This document shows, piece by piece, positions 20,771-29,142 of a stretch of 49,953 bases of DNA. A program made the translations under genes and the position numbers. The DNA lies in the NCBI GenBank assembly GCA_964434035.1, contig CAYSTX010000002.1:1-49953 (forward strand), given 5' to 3'. The notes below the pieces were generated by a model, which worked only from the letters and a program-made list of their open reading frames with translations, was not told the DNA's origin and made no database searches. Each line of letters opens with the position of its first letter. Position 1 is the first letter of the stretch. The DNA comes from an uncultured Acetobacteraceae bacterium. Lineage in GTDB: Bacteria; Pseudomonadota; Alphaproteobacteria; Acetobacterales; Acetobacteraceae.

Positions 20771-21448
20771 ATGATCAGTCGTCGCCTCTCCCTCGCTGGA
20801 GCCCTCGTCGCGTTGGCCTCCGTCGGCACGGCGCCGGCGCACGCCCAGTCCGACGAGCAACAGATCGTTGACCACGCGACCACGACCATCAACGACATGC
20901 GGACGGACCAAGCGTTCGGCACCGCGAAGGAGCTGATACGCCGCGCCCGCGCCATCCTCATCGTGCCGAACATCTTCAAGGCCGGCTTCTTCTTCGGCGG
21001 CGAAGGCGGCAATGGGGTTCTGATGGTCCGCGGACCGCATGGCTGGAGCGACCCAGCCTTCTATACGATGGGGTCCGCGTCATTCGGCCTGCAGATCGGC
21101 GCGCAAGTCGCTGAAACTGTGATATTCATCATGTCCGAAAAGGCTTTGAACGGGATCATGCAAGATCGCTTCAAGATCGGTGCTGAGGCGGGCATCACGG
21201 CCGTCACGCTTGGCAGCAACGCCCAGGCGGCCGTCTCGTCCAACGTGAACGCAGATATCTTCGTCTGGGCATCGAGCAGCGGCGCCTACATCGGCCTGAC
21301 GCTGGAAGGCTCGCTGATCGAGCCGCGCCCGTCCTATAACCAGGCCTATTATGGCCGCCCGGTCACGACTGCCGACATCGTGCTTCATCGCAAGGTCAGC
21401 AGCCCGCACGCCGCGCGCCTCGTCTCCGCGGTCAGCGCGCTCGCCTGA
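20771..21448 (+). CDS. Secreted SYLF/Ysc84 (DUF500) lipid-binding domain protein
   Basis: Signal peptide ending in AHAQ, followed by the pattern ILIVPNIFKAGFFFGGEGGNGVLM...GLQIGAQ. Confidence 0.7.
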   Translation: MISRRLSLAGALVALASVGTAPAHAQSDEQQIVDHATTTINDMRTDQAFGTAKELIRRARAILIVPNIFKAGFFFGGEGGNGVLMVRGPHGWSDPAFYTMGSASFGLQIGAQVAETVIFIMSEKALNGIMQDRFKIGAEAGITAVTLGSNAQAAVSSNVNADIFVWASSSGAYIGLTLEGSLIEPRPSYNQAYYGRPVTTADIVLHRKVSSPHAARLVSAVSALA

Positions 21449-21479
21449 GACCCGACGCTAACTAGCCGCCCAACTTGTT

Positions 21480-21512
21480 CCGGCCTGGGCGTCTCGCTCA
21501 GGCCGGATTTTT
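21480..21512 (+). terminator. Rho-independent terminator candidate downstream of the SYLF gene
   Basis: CCGGCCTG (21480-87) pairs with CAGGCCGG (21499-506) across an 11-nt loop, followed by ATTTTT. The 3' arm overlaps the last codons of the convergent 5-FCL gene. Confidence 0.6.
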
Positions 21513-22076
21513 GTAATCACAAAGAATTACACCGCGTTCCGTCGCGACCGCCGGCAGGCGAATGTCCGCCGGACCCGCCGGCACAGACGCCGCTTCCTGC
21601 GCGGAATAGGCGCAGCCGATCCATCGTGTGCCGATCGGTAGCGCGGGCAGCGTGCGGTCATAATAGCCGCCGCCATACCCAAGCCGCCGCCCCGCCCGGT
21701 CGAACGCGAGCAGCGGCACCAGCACGAAATCGGGAACGACCATCGGCGCATCCGGCCCGGGCGCCATCGTGCCGAACCGCTCCTCGACCAGCGCATCTCC
21801 GGGACGCCAGAGGCGGAAGGAGAGCGCGTCACCGAGCCGCGGCGTCACCGGTAGCGCGATCAGGTGCCCGCGTTCCGCAAGCGCCAGAAGCAACGGGCGA
21901 ACGTCGATCTCGTCCCCGAGCGGCCACGTGCCCGCAACGATCGCGCCCGGCGGCGGCGGCATGTCGCGCAGCACGTACTCGGCAAGCAGACCGCCCAGCG
22001 ACGGATCGAGTCCCGCGCGGCGTTCTATCGCCGCCTGTCGCGCGGCCTGCTTCGCGGCGGCGAGTGGATCATGCAT
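21498..22076 (-). CDS. 5-formyltetrahydrofolate cyclo-ligase
   Basis: LVPLLAFDRAGRRLGYGGGYYDRTL is the family signature. It occupies the position downstream of zapA/6S, as ygfA does in E. coli. Confidence 0.85.
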   Translation of the reverse strand: MHDPLAAAKQAARQAAIERRAGLDPSLGGLLAEYVLRDMPPPPGAIVAGTWPLGDEIDVRPLLLALAERGHLIALPVTPRLGDALSFRLWRPGDALVEERFGTMAPGPDAPMVVPDFVLVPLLAFDRAGRRLGYGGGYYDRTLPALPIGTRWIGCAYSAQEAASVPAGPADIRLPAVATERGVILCDYKNPA

Positions 22077-22079
22077 TCA

Positions 22080-22238
22080 GTACGGAGCCGCCATGGCCGT
22101 TGATTTGCCACCCTCCCAGAGCCTGCTTGCGCAGGTGGGCGCCGGATATCGTGACCAGGGTCACGACAGCGCCAGCTCCCGTGGGAGTGCTTATCGGCCC
22201 CGGGGGTGGGCTATCTGACGCACCGGGCAGCCCCGCGG
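22080..22238 (-). ncRNA. ssrS: 6S RNA candidate; boundaries approximate
   Basis: The 164-nt gap between zapA and 5-FCL reproduces the classic zapA-ssrS-ygfA synteny. On the minus strand, 5' GGGGCUGCC pairs with 3' GGCGGCUCC to form a closing stem. Internal hairpins are CCUGC-GCAA-GCAGG and GUGAC-CCUG-GUCAC. Confidence 0.55.
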
Positions 22239-22240
22239 CC

Positions 22241-22588
22241 CTATAGTTGGGCCTGATCGAGACGATCCGCAATCTCTTCCGCCCGCTTGGCGAGCCGTCC
22301 GAGCCGGCGGCCGAGTTTGACGTCGCCCTCCGCGGCCGGGGCCATCTGTGCCTTCGCGAGCGCCGTCTGCATCGTCGCGAACTCGGCTTTCAGGTCGAAC
22401 AATTCGTCCGCCATCATTAGCGCGGCCAGCACCAGCAGCCGGCCTTCGCCGCTCTGCCCCAGCGAGGCTTTTATCCGCTCGATTCGCTGATCGACTTCGG
22501 CGGCCATCGATTGCAGATGCGTCTCCTGCCCGTCCTCGCAGCCGACGGTATAGGGGAAGCCATTGATACGAAGCGTGACCTGGGCCAT
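22241..22588 (-). CDS. zapA: Cell division protein ZapA
   Basis: MAQVTLRINGFPYTVGCEDGQETHLQSMA...RLLVLAALMMADEL. Confidence 0.85.
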   Translation of the reverse strand: MAQVTLRINGFPYTVGCEDGQETHLQSMAAEVDQRIERIKASLGQSGEGRLLVLAALMMADELFDLKAEFATMQTALAKAQMAPAAEGDVKLGRRLGRLAKRAEEIADRLDQAQL

Positions 22589-22598
22589 CGCGATCTCC

Positions 22599-22868
22599 TC
22601 AGTCGAGGTCGGGGTCGGGCTCGGCTGACGCCGACGTCTCTCCCCCGGTTACGCGAGACACCTCGGCGCCAGCAAGAGCGCCCTGCACAAGCGTGATCAA
22701 TTGATCCAGCCGCGCGGCGATGACGCGGAGCCGTTCTTCGGCGGATTCACCGCTTGTCGGGGCGCCTTCCGCGATGACCGGCGGACGCGCGGCGAGCGCT
22801 TGCGCGATCCGCTCCATCGCGCTTTCCAACCGATCCGTGGCGGTCGCCAAGTCGTCGCTTGCCGCCAT
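22599..22868 (-). CDS. DUF4164 / ZauP-like coiled-coil protein upstream of zapA
   Basis: MAASDDLATATDRLESAMERIAQAL... is a short coiled-coil protein in the conserved position upstream of zapA. The start is uncertain (22868 or 22940). Confidence 0.55.
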   Translation of the reverse strand: MAASDDLATATDRLESAMERIAQALAARPPVIAEGAPTSGESAEERLRVIAARLDQLITLVQGALAGAEVSRVTGGETSASAEPDPDLD

Positions 22869-22942
22869 CGATCGACCGATATCCTTGCCTGCCGCTTGAG
22901 ACGTCCGTGCAATCAAAACGTTCAACCGCTTGAAGGTCAAGC

Positions 22943-23365
22943 ATGACAGAGCCGCCGGCCATCGTCATCCACGGCATCGACGATGCGCGCCGCGTCCTAG
23001 CGGCCGGAAGGCCGTTCCGTTTGTTGTCGGCTGCGGACGCGGCCCGGTTCGCCGGCCCCGCTTTTTGGCGCGCTTTAGTCGCTGCGGCGCGGACCGAACC
23101 GGGCGGCGCGCTGATCGCGGACGACATACTCGACTGCGGCGAGGCCGGCGCCGACGCGCTCACCGCAATGCGGCTCGGACAACGCATTCTCGTGCTGCAC
23201 CCGACCTGCCCCGCCTTCGCTAACGTCGCGTCGGCGGCCGCGACAATCGGCGCGCGCATCCTCACCGCGCGCCCGCCGGCGCTCGACATGGCGGCGCGGA
23301 ATGCCAATGCGCAACTCGCCGCTTGGCTGGATCAGCCAGTTGCTGGACGCCCGCTCGACCGATGA
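22943..23365 (+). CDS. Hypothetical protein (140 aa)
   Basis: Strong G/C third-position bias supports coding. I recognise no motif. Confidence 0.5.
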   Translation: MTEPPAIVIHGIDDARRVLAAGRPFRLLSAADAARFAGPAFWRALVAAARTEPGGALIADDILDCGEAGADALTAMRLGQRILVLHPTCPAFANVASAAATIGARILTARPPALDMAARNANAQLAAWLDQPVAGRPLDR

Positions 23366-23425
23366 CAGTTGCGGACGGCTGCGTTAGGACGCGGCACGGC
23401 GATTTCGACCGAGGGAGATAAAGCG

Positions 23426-24346
23426 ATGCGTGTCACCGAGCCAGTCCGCCGGATCCTCGCGAACTACGACAGCGACACGCCAGGGACCCGCGCCAACCTC
23501 GCCCGCATTCTGATGCAGGGGAAGCTCGGCGGCACCGGCAAGCTGGTCATTCTGCCGGTCGATCAGGGCTTCGAGCACGGGCCCGCGCGCAGCTTCGCGC
23601 CGAACCCGGCCGCATATGACCCGCTTTATCACTTCGAACTCGCCCTCGAGGCTGGGCTCAACGCCTACGCCGCTCCGCTCGGCATGATCGAAGCGGGTGC
23701 TTCGACCTACGCCGGTGCGATCCCGACGATCCTGAAGCTCAACAGCAGCAACAGCCTCGCGACGACCAAGGATCAGGCCGTGACCGGCTCGGTCGCCGAC
23801 GCGCTGCGGCTCGGCTGCTCGGCGATCGGCTTCACGATCTACCCCGGCAGCGAATACGCGTTCGACCAAATGGAAGAGCTGCGCGAGCTCGCCGAGGAAG
23901 CGAAATCCGTCGGCCTCGCCGTCGTTGTCTGGAGCTATCCGCGCGGCCCGGCGCTCGACAAGGCGGCGGAAACGGCGGTCGATATCTGCGCGTACGCCGC
24001 GCACATGGCCGCGCTGCTCGGCGCCCACATCATCAAGGTGAAGCCGCCGACCGCGCATATCGGCCTCGATGCCGCGAAGAAGACCTACGAGACACAGCAC
24101 ATCGACGTCTCGACGATGGCCGCGCGCGTCCGCCACGTCGTGCAGGCGTGCTTCGCCGGGAAGCGGATCGTGGTGTTCTCGGGCGGTGAGTCGGCGGAGC
24201 TGGACAATCTCTACGAGACGATCCACGGCCTCCGCGATGGCGGCGCGAACGGCAGCATCATCGGCCGCAACACGTTCCAACGTCCGAAAGAAGAGGCCCT
24301 GGCGATGCTCGCGCACATCATCGACATTTATCAGGGCAAGGCTTGA
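23426..24346 (+). CDS. Class I fructose-bisphosphate aldolase (DhnA/FbaB type)
   Basis: [14 protein letters not shown]...IIKVKPP (Schiff-base Lys region). RBS GAGGGAG lies upstream of ATG 23426. Confidence 0.8.
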   Translation: MRVTEPVRRILANYDSDTPGTRANLARILMQGKLGGTGKLVILPVDQGFEHGPARSFAPNPAAYDPLYHFELALEAGLNAYAAPLGMIEAGASTYAGAIPTILKLNSSNSLATTKDQAVTGSVADALRLGCSAIGFTIYPGSEYAFDQMEELRELAEEAKSVGLAVVVWSYPRGPALDKAAETAVDICAYAAHMAALLGAHIIKVKPPTAHIGLDAAKKTYETQHIDVSTMAARVRHVVQACFAGKRIVVFSGGESAELDNLYETIHGLRDGGANGSIIGRNTFQRPKEEALAMLAHIIDIYQGKA

Positions 24347-24993
24347 GCGGCGCGGCGGAAGCGGATCGCTGCCGCCTGTACCTCATCACCCCGCCGACGC
24401 TCGCGGCGAGCTTCGCGGACATGCTCGCCGCCGCGCTTGACGCTGATGACGTCGCGGCGGTGCAGCTCCGTCTGAAGGACGCCGACGACGACGCATGGCG
24501 CCGCGCGATCGACGCGCTTCGGCCGGTCGCGCAATCACGCGGCGTCGCCTTCCTGTTGAACGACCGCGCCGACCTCGTGCGCGGCTCGGGTGCCGACGGC
24601 GTGCATGTCGGACAGACAGACACGCCCGCCCGCGAAGCACGCGCGCTGATCGGCGCGGACGCGACCCTCGGCGTGACGTGCCACGCGAGCCGCGACCTCG
24701 CGATGGCGGCCGGAGAGGATGGTGCGGATTACGTCGCGTTCGGCGCTTTTTATCCGAGCGGCACGAAAGAAACGACCGCTCGCGCCGACGTCGCGCTGCT
24801 CGAATGGTGGCACGAGCTGATGGAGCTGCCGTCGGTCGCGATCGGTGGGATCACGGCGGAAAACTGCGCGCCATTGGTGCGCGCCGGCGCCGATTTTCTC
24901 GCGGTTGTTGGTGCCGTTTGGAACCATCCGGACGGACCGGCTTCAGGCGTGCGGGCGATGGTGAAGGCAATAAGATTGGCTAGCGACCACTAG
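24343..24993 (+). CDS. thiE: Thiamine-phosphate synthase
   Basis: LYLITPP...VQLRLKD...[11 protein letters not shown]...VAIGGI. TTG start overlaps the fba stop. Confidence 0.85.
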   Translation: MSGAAEADRCRLYLITPPTLAASFADMLAAALDADDVAAVQLRLKDADDDAWRRAIDALRPVAQSRGVAFLLNDRADLVRGSGADGVHVGQTDTPAREARALIGADATLGVTCHASRDLAMAAGEDGADYVAFGAFYPSGTKETTARADVALLEWWHELMELPSVAIGGITAENCAPLVRAGADFLAVVGAVWNHPDGPASGVRAMVKAIRLASDH

Positions 24994-25050
24994 AGCGGCA
25001 CCGCGGGGGCCGACTCTGCAACGGGTTTTCCCGCCCAGCGTTGCCAGCGC

Positions 25051-27072
25051 ATGGCGGATGATGTCGTCCCCGTCAAAACCGACCAACCGGCTCCCACCAC
25101 GGCGCGCCGCCGGCCCGTCTGGCCCTGGGTTGTCGGCGCGATCGGCCTTGCCCTGCTGGCACTGATCCTGCTGTGGGACTGGGATTGGTTCATCCCGCTC
25201 GTCCAGCGGCAGGCTTCCGCGAGCCTGGGCCGCCCCGTCACCATTGCGCATCTGCATCTCCGCCCCGGCCGCATCACCGAGGTCACGGCGGATGACGTGC
25301 GGATCGCCAATCCGGAGGGCTTTCCGCAGGATCAGGATTTTGCCCGGATCGCCCGCCTGAGAGTCGATGCCAACATGGCCGCCTTACTGCGTACCCGCCA
25401 GATCGTACTGCCGCTGATCGTCCTGGACCGCCTCGTAATTAACGCGACCGCCCTGCCGGATGGCCGCAATAACTGGGCCCTGGCCACCAGCACCGGAAAC
25501 GGCGGCGGCGCCCCGCCCAGGATCGGCACGCTGCGCATCAGCGACGGCCACGCGCATGTGATCTACCCCAGGCTCCGCGCCGATTTCGCCCTGGCCATCG
25601 CCACCCGCCACGGCGCATCGAGCCACGACGATCAGATCGTCGTCGATGCCGACGGCACCTATGCCGGGCAGCCCGTGACGGGACGCTTCATCGGCGGCGC
25701 GCTGCTGTCGCTCCGGGATCCGTCCCGCCCGTATCCGGTCGATCTGCATCTGGCCAATGGCCCGACAAAGCTCGGGCTCGTCGGCACGGTGCAGGATCCG
25801 ATGAAATTCGCCGGGGCCGATCTGCGCCTGACCGCCTCGGGCCCGGACATGTCCCTGCTCTATCCGCTGACCGGCGTGCCGATCCCGCAAACCCCGCCTT
25901 TCACCCTCAACGGCAAGCTGGATTACGCCGACCGCAAAATCCGCTTCAGCCATTTCCAAGGCCGCATGGGCTCCAGCGACCTAGATGGCGAGGTGGATGT
26001 GGACCCGACGGGAGAGCGCCCGGTGGTGCAGGGCGACGTCACCTCCCACCGGGTCAACCTGGTGGATCTCGGCGGCTTCATCGGCGCCCGACCCGGCCCC
26101 CAGGCACCGCCGCCACCCGCACAGGCCCGCGACCGGCTGCTGCCGACCACGCCGATCAACATGCCGAAGCTGCGCGCGGCGGACATGCATATCCGTTATA
26201 ACGGCGAACATATCGAGGGCCGCTCCATCCCCCTCGACTCCCTCCATACCGTGCTCGACGTCGTGGACGGCCACGTCAACGTGCATCCCCTCGATTTCGC
26301 GGTCGGCACCGGGCGGATCGCCAGCGCCGTGGAACTCACGCCGCAGGGCGATCAGCTCCGCGCCAAGGCGCATGTCGACTTCAGCCGGCTGGACCTCGCC
26401 CGCATCATGCAGGCCACCCACACATTCCAGGGCATGGGCACGATCGGCGGCCGCGCCGAGATCGAAACGGTCGGCAACTCCGTTTCCACCTTCATGGGGA
26501 ACGGCAACGGCGAACTGAAGCTCGCGATGGTCGATGGCGGCGCAGTCAGCGCGCTGCTCATAGACTTGGCCGGGCTGCAGTTCGGCAACAGCCTGCTCGC
26601 GGCACTCGGCCTGCCCAATCAGACCCCGGTGCGCTGCTTCGTGACGGACATCGCGCTTGAGCAGGGAATCGCACGGACGAAGGTTCTGCTGCTCGACACC
26701 GGCGAGGCACGGACCCTCGGCGAGGGCACCATCAACTTCCGTGACGAAACCCTGGACTACACGCTGACGACCCGCGCCAAGCATTTCACCATCGGCTCCC
26801 TGCCAGGACCGGTCCACATTGGCGGGCACCTCGTCGATCCGACCATCCTGCCGGGCGCCGAGACCGCGGCGCGAGCCGGCGCCGCCGCCGGACTCGGCGC
26901 CCTGCTGACACCGCTCGGCGCCTTGTTGCCGACGATCCAGTTCGGAATCGGCGAGGATAACGCCTGCACAGGGGCCATCAATGAGGTGCGGCGCCCCATT
27001 GAGGTGCCATCACCCCGCGCGGGCGGGACCAAACGCACCGGGCAAGGCCGGGCCGTGCCGAGTCACCGCTGA
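25051..27072 (+). CDS. AsmA-family envelope protein
   Basis: 673 aa. N-terminal TM anchor followed by LGRPVTIAHLHLRPGRITEVTADDVRIANP, typical of AsmA-family proteins. Confidence 0.8.
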   Translation: MADDVVPVKTDQPAPTTARRRPVWPWVVGAIGLALLALILLWDWDWFIPLVQRQASASLGRPVTIAHLHLRPGRITEVTADDVRIANPEGFPQDQDFARIARLRVDANMAALLRTRQIVLPLIVLDRLVINATALPDGRNNWALATSTGNGGGAPPRIGTLRISDGHAHVIYPRLRADFALAIATRHGASSHDDQIVVDADGTYAGQPVTGRFIGGALLSLRDPSRPYPVDLHLANGPTKLGLVGTVQDPMKFAGADLRLTASGPDMSLLYPLTGVPIPQTPPFTLNGKLDYADRKIRFSHFQGRMGSSDLDGEVDVDPTGERPVVQGDVTSHRVNLVDLGGFIGARPGPQAPPPPAQARDRLLPTTPINMPKLRAADMHIRYNGEHIEGRSIPLDSLHTVLDVVDGHVNVHPLDFAVGTGRIASAVELTPQGDQLRAKAHVDFSRLDLARIMQATHTFQGMGTIGGRAEIETVGNSVSTFMGNGNGELKLAMVDGGAVSALLIDLAGLQFGNSLLAALGLPNQTPVRCFVTDIALEQGIARTKVLLLDTGEARTLGEGTINFRDETLDYTLTTRAKHFTIGSLPGPVHIGGHLVDPTILPGAETAARAGAAAGLGALLTPLGALLPTIQFGIGEDNACTGAINEVRRPIEVPSPRAGGTKRTGQGRAVPSHR

Positions 27073-27141
27073 GGTGCGTGGCGCCATAGCCGGCGCTCAG
27101 GTCGGGGCCTCGCTTGGGTGGGATAGACATTGGCGCGGAAG

Positions 27142-27294
27142 CTAGTGCGCGCCGGTGCCAGTCCCGCTGGCCGGGTTAACGTGCGAGCCGCCGACGGCCT
27201 GTGGAGCGTCCGGCGGGGCGTAGCCGCCATACGGCCACGCGCAGCCGCCGAGCAGCAGGGCACCTAGCACAAAGATGGTGGTGATGCGGTTCAT
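27142..27294 (-). CDS. Small lipoprotein (50 aa)
   Basis: MNRITTIFVLGALLLGGCAW carries the lipobox LLGGC. It is the C-terminal part of a longer track ORF. Confidence 0.5.
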   Translation of the reverse strand: MNRITTIFVLGALLLGGCAWPYGGYAPPDAPQAVGGSHVNPASGTGTGAH

Positions 27295-27344
27295 GCCGCG
27301 CCAACGTCGGGTGCGGCGCGCCGTTGCATCACACTTCGTCGCGC

Positions 27345-27449
27345 CGCTTAGCGTTCGCGGCCGAGCCAGAGCACCCTGATCGATCCGCGACGTGCCTGAT
27401 GGAATCATCGCCAGCCGATCGAACCCGAGCGCGATGCCGGCCGCAGGCG
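27345..27449 (-). pseudogene. Duplicated, frameshifted 3' fragment of epmA (left copy of the direct repeat)
   Basis: 105 nt align with 28089-28192 with 5 substitutions and 1 extra C. The fragment encodes ..PAAGIALGFDRLAMIPSGTSRIDQ followed by a frameshift. Confidence 0.8.
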
Positions 27450-27524
27450 TTCGGGGATAGCTCAGCGGCGCGCGTCGGCTGGCACTACGTCGGACCAAGC
27501 TGCAGCCAAGCCGTTGTATGAACA

Positions 27525-27540
27525 CGGCAAAATTGGCAAA
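27525..27540 (+). promoter_or_regulatory. Shared 16-nt motif CGGCAAAWTTGGCAAA, copy 1 (63 nt upstream of bfr)
   Basis: CGGCAAAATTGGCAAA. The second copy is at 44464-44479. Confidence 0.3.
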
Positions 27541-27602
27541 CTTAGCCGCGGAGAACCGACTGGAGGGAAAGGTCGGTCGGCTTCGGCTGGGGGGTGCGGA
27601 CC

Positions 27603-28085
27603 ATGAAGGGCGACTCCGGAGTCATTGACTACCTCAATAGGGCGCTGCGCCACGAGCTCACGGCAGTCAACCAGTACTGGCTGCACTACCGCCTCCTCGA
27701 CAATTGGGGTTACCGGGCACTTGCCAAGAAATGGCGCGCGGAGTCGATCGAGGAGATGCAACACGCGGACAAGCTCATCGAACGCATCATCTTCCTTGAT
27801 GGGTATCCCAACATGCAGACCCTCGAGGCACTTCATATCGGCCAAACGGTGAAGGAGGTAATCGAGCGGGATTTGCAAGCAGAGATCGAAGCACGTGCAC
27901 TCTACGAAGAGGCCGCGACGCATTGCCACTCCGCGAAGGACTACGTAAGCCGCGATTTATTCGAGAAGCTGATGCACGACGAAGAAGAACACATCGATTT
28001 CCTGGAAACGCAGCTCGACCTGATCGGCAAGCTTGGCCTTGAGCTCTACGCCCAGCATCATATTGGCGAGCTCAGCGACGAGTGA
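27603..28085 (+). CDS. bfr: Bacterioferritin
   Basis: [30 protein letters not shown]...[21 protein letters not shown]...[12 protein letters not shown] carries the ferroxidase ligands and the haem-ligand Met. Codon usage has noticeably more A/T endings than the neighbours. Confidence 0.9.
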   Translation: MKGDSGVIDYLNRALRHELTAVNQYWLHYRLLDNWGYRALAKKWRAESIEEMQHADKLIERIIFLDGYPNMQTLEALHIGQTVKEVIERDLQAEIEARALYEEAATHCHSAKDYVSRDLFEKLMHDEEEHIDFLETQLDLIGKLGLELYAQHHIGELSDE

Positions 28086-28088
28086 CGA

Positions 28089-28192
28089 CGCTTAGCGTTC
28101 GCGGCCGAGCCAGAGCACCTGATCGATCCGCGACGCGCCCGATGCAATCATGGCCAACCGATCGAACCCGAGCGCGATGCCGGCCGCAGGCG
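28089..28192. repeat. Right copy of the ~105-bp direct repeat (the functional 3' end of epmA)
   Basis: See 27345-27449. The repeat starts 3 nt beyond the epmA stop codon and covers its last ~33 codons. Confidence 0.8.
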
Positions 28193-29114
28193 GCATCCCA
28201 TGCGCGAGGGCCGCAAGAAAATCCTCGTCGAGCGGCCAGTCGCCATCCGAGCCATACAGTGCTCGCCGCCGCGCCCGATCGTGCAGAAACCGCGCGCGCT
28301 GCTCCGCCGCGTCGGTCAACTCGACGAAGGCGTTGGCAAGCTCGATCCCGCAAACGAACAGCTCGAACCGCTCGGCGACGCGCGGGTCCGCCGGGTCGCG
28401 TCGGGCCAGCGCCGCCTGTGACGCGGGCCAGTGTGTCAGCGCGGTCGGGCGCGCGCGGCCGATTTCGGGCTCGATCCGGCCGAGCAGCAGGCGGAAAAAC
28501 AGGTCTTCCCAGTCCTCCCCATCCCGCAACGCGACCCCGGCAGTATCGGCGAGCGCCTGCGCGTCCCCCTCGGTCGCCAGCACGTCCGGAACCCCAGCGA
28601 AGCGTGAAAACGCGTCCGCCACTGTCAGCCGCTCAACGGCCGACACATCGGTCGTAACGCCGCGACAGGTGACGACCGGCGGCAGGACGGCGCGGAGCAG
28701 CGCGTGCGTCTCGTCGATCAAATCGTCCATGGAAAAGGCGGGACGATACCATTCCAACATCGTGAACTCCGGCGCGTGCAGCTCGCTCCCCTCGCCGTTC
28801 CGCCAGACGCGGGCGAGCTGAAAGATCGGGCCGGCACCCGCGACCAACAGCCGCTTCATCGCGAACTCGGGGCTCGTGTGCAGCCAAAGCGGCACGCGGG
28901 CGCCGTCGGGAGCGATCTGCTCGGTCGCGAACGCCCGCAGATGCACCTCCTCCCCCGGCGCCGGCACCGCATACGGCGTCTCGACCTCCATCACCCCGCG
29001 CGCCGCAAAGAAGGCGCGGGTCGCCGCGACTAGCAGCGCCCGCCGGCGCAGATAGGGCAGCCGCGCGGCGAAGCGGTCAGGGTGCCAGTCGGGGGGTGCG
29101 TCGGGTTGCGGCAT
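28092..29114 (-). CDS. epmA: EF-P--(R)-beta-lysine ligase (PoxA/GenX)
   Basis: Truncated class II LysRS-like protein: RGVMEVETP...TSPEFAMKRLL...FQLARVWRNGE...EFTMLEWY...GIALGFDRL. Start at ATG 29114 inferred by comparison with remembered E. coli EpmA. Confidence 0.8.
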   Translation of the reverse strand: MPQPDAPPDWHPDRFAARLPYLRRRALLVAATRAFFAARGVMEVETPYAVPAPGEEVHLRAFATEQIAPDGARVPLWLHTSPEFAMKRLLVAGAGPIFQLARVWRNGEGSELHAPEFTMLEWYRPAFSMDDLIDETHALLRAVLPPVVTCRGVTTDVSAVERLTVADAFSRFAGVPDVLATEGDAQALADTAGVALRDGEDWEDLFFRLLLGRIEPEIGRARPTALTHWPASQAALARRDPADPRVAERFELFVCGIELANAFVELTDAAEQRARFLHDRARRRALYGSDGDWPLDEDFLAALAHGMPPAAGIALGFDRLAMIASGASRIDQVLWLGRER

Positions 29115-29142
29115 AACGCCGCCCGGCCTACAGCCGCCGGCC

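Noticed and set aside
27453-27468. GGGGATAGCTCAGCGG, which resembles the 5' end of a tRNA gene and sits next to the bfr insertion
   Set aside because: The downstream sequence cannot form the D-stem (no GAGC), an anticodon arm or a T-arm. Integration usually duplicates tRNA 3' ends, not 5' ends. It is most likely coincidental.
27480-27495. TGGCAC element suggesting a sigma-54 -24/-12 promoter upstream of bfr
   Set aside because: The required TTGC(A/T) at the -12 position after a 5-nt spacer is absent (the sequence is TGGCACTACGTCGGAC).
27518-27628. A 36-codon ORF ([36 protein letters not shown]) overlapping the bfr start, considered as a possible bfd-like gene
   Set aside because: It has no Cys residues, so it cannot be a Bfd-type [2Fe-2S] ferredoxin. 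It has no RBS and overlaps bfr out of frame.
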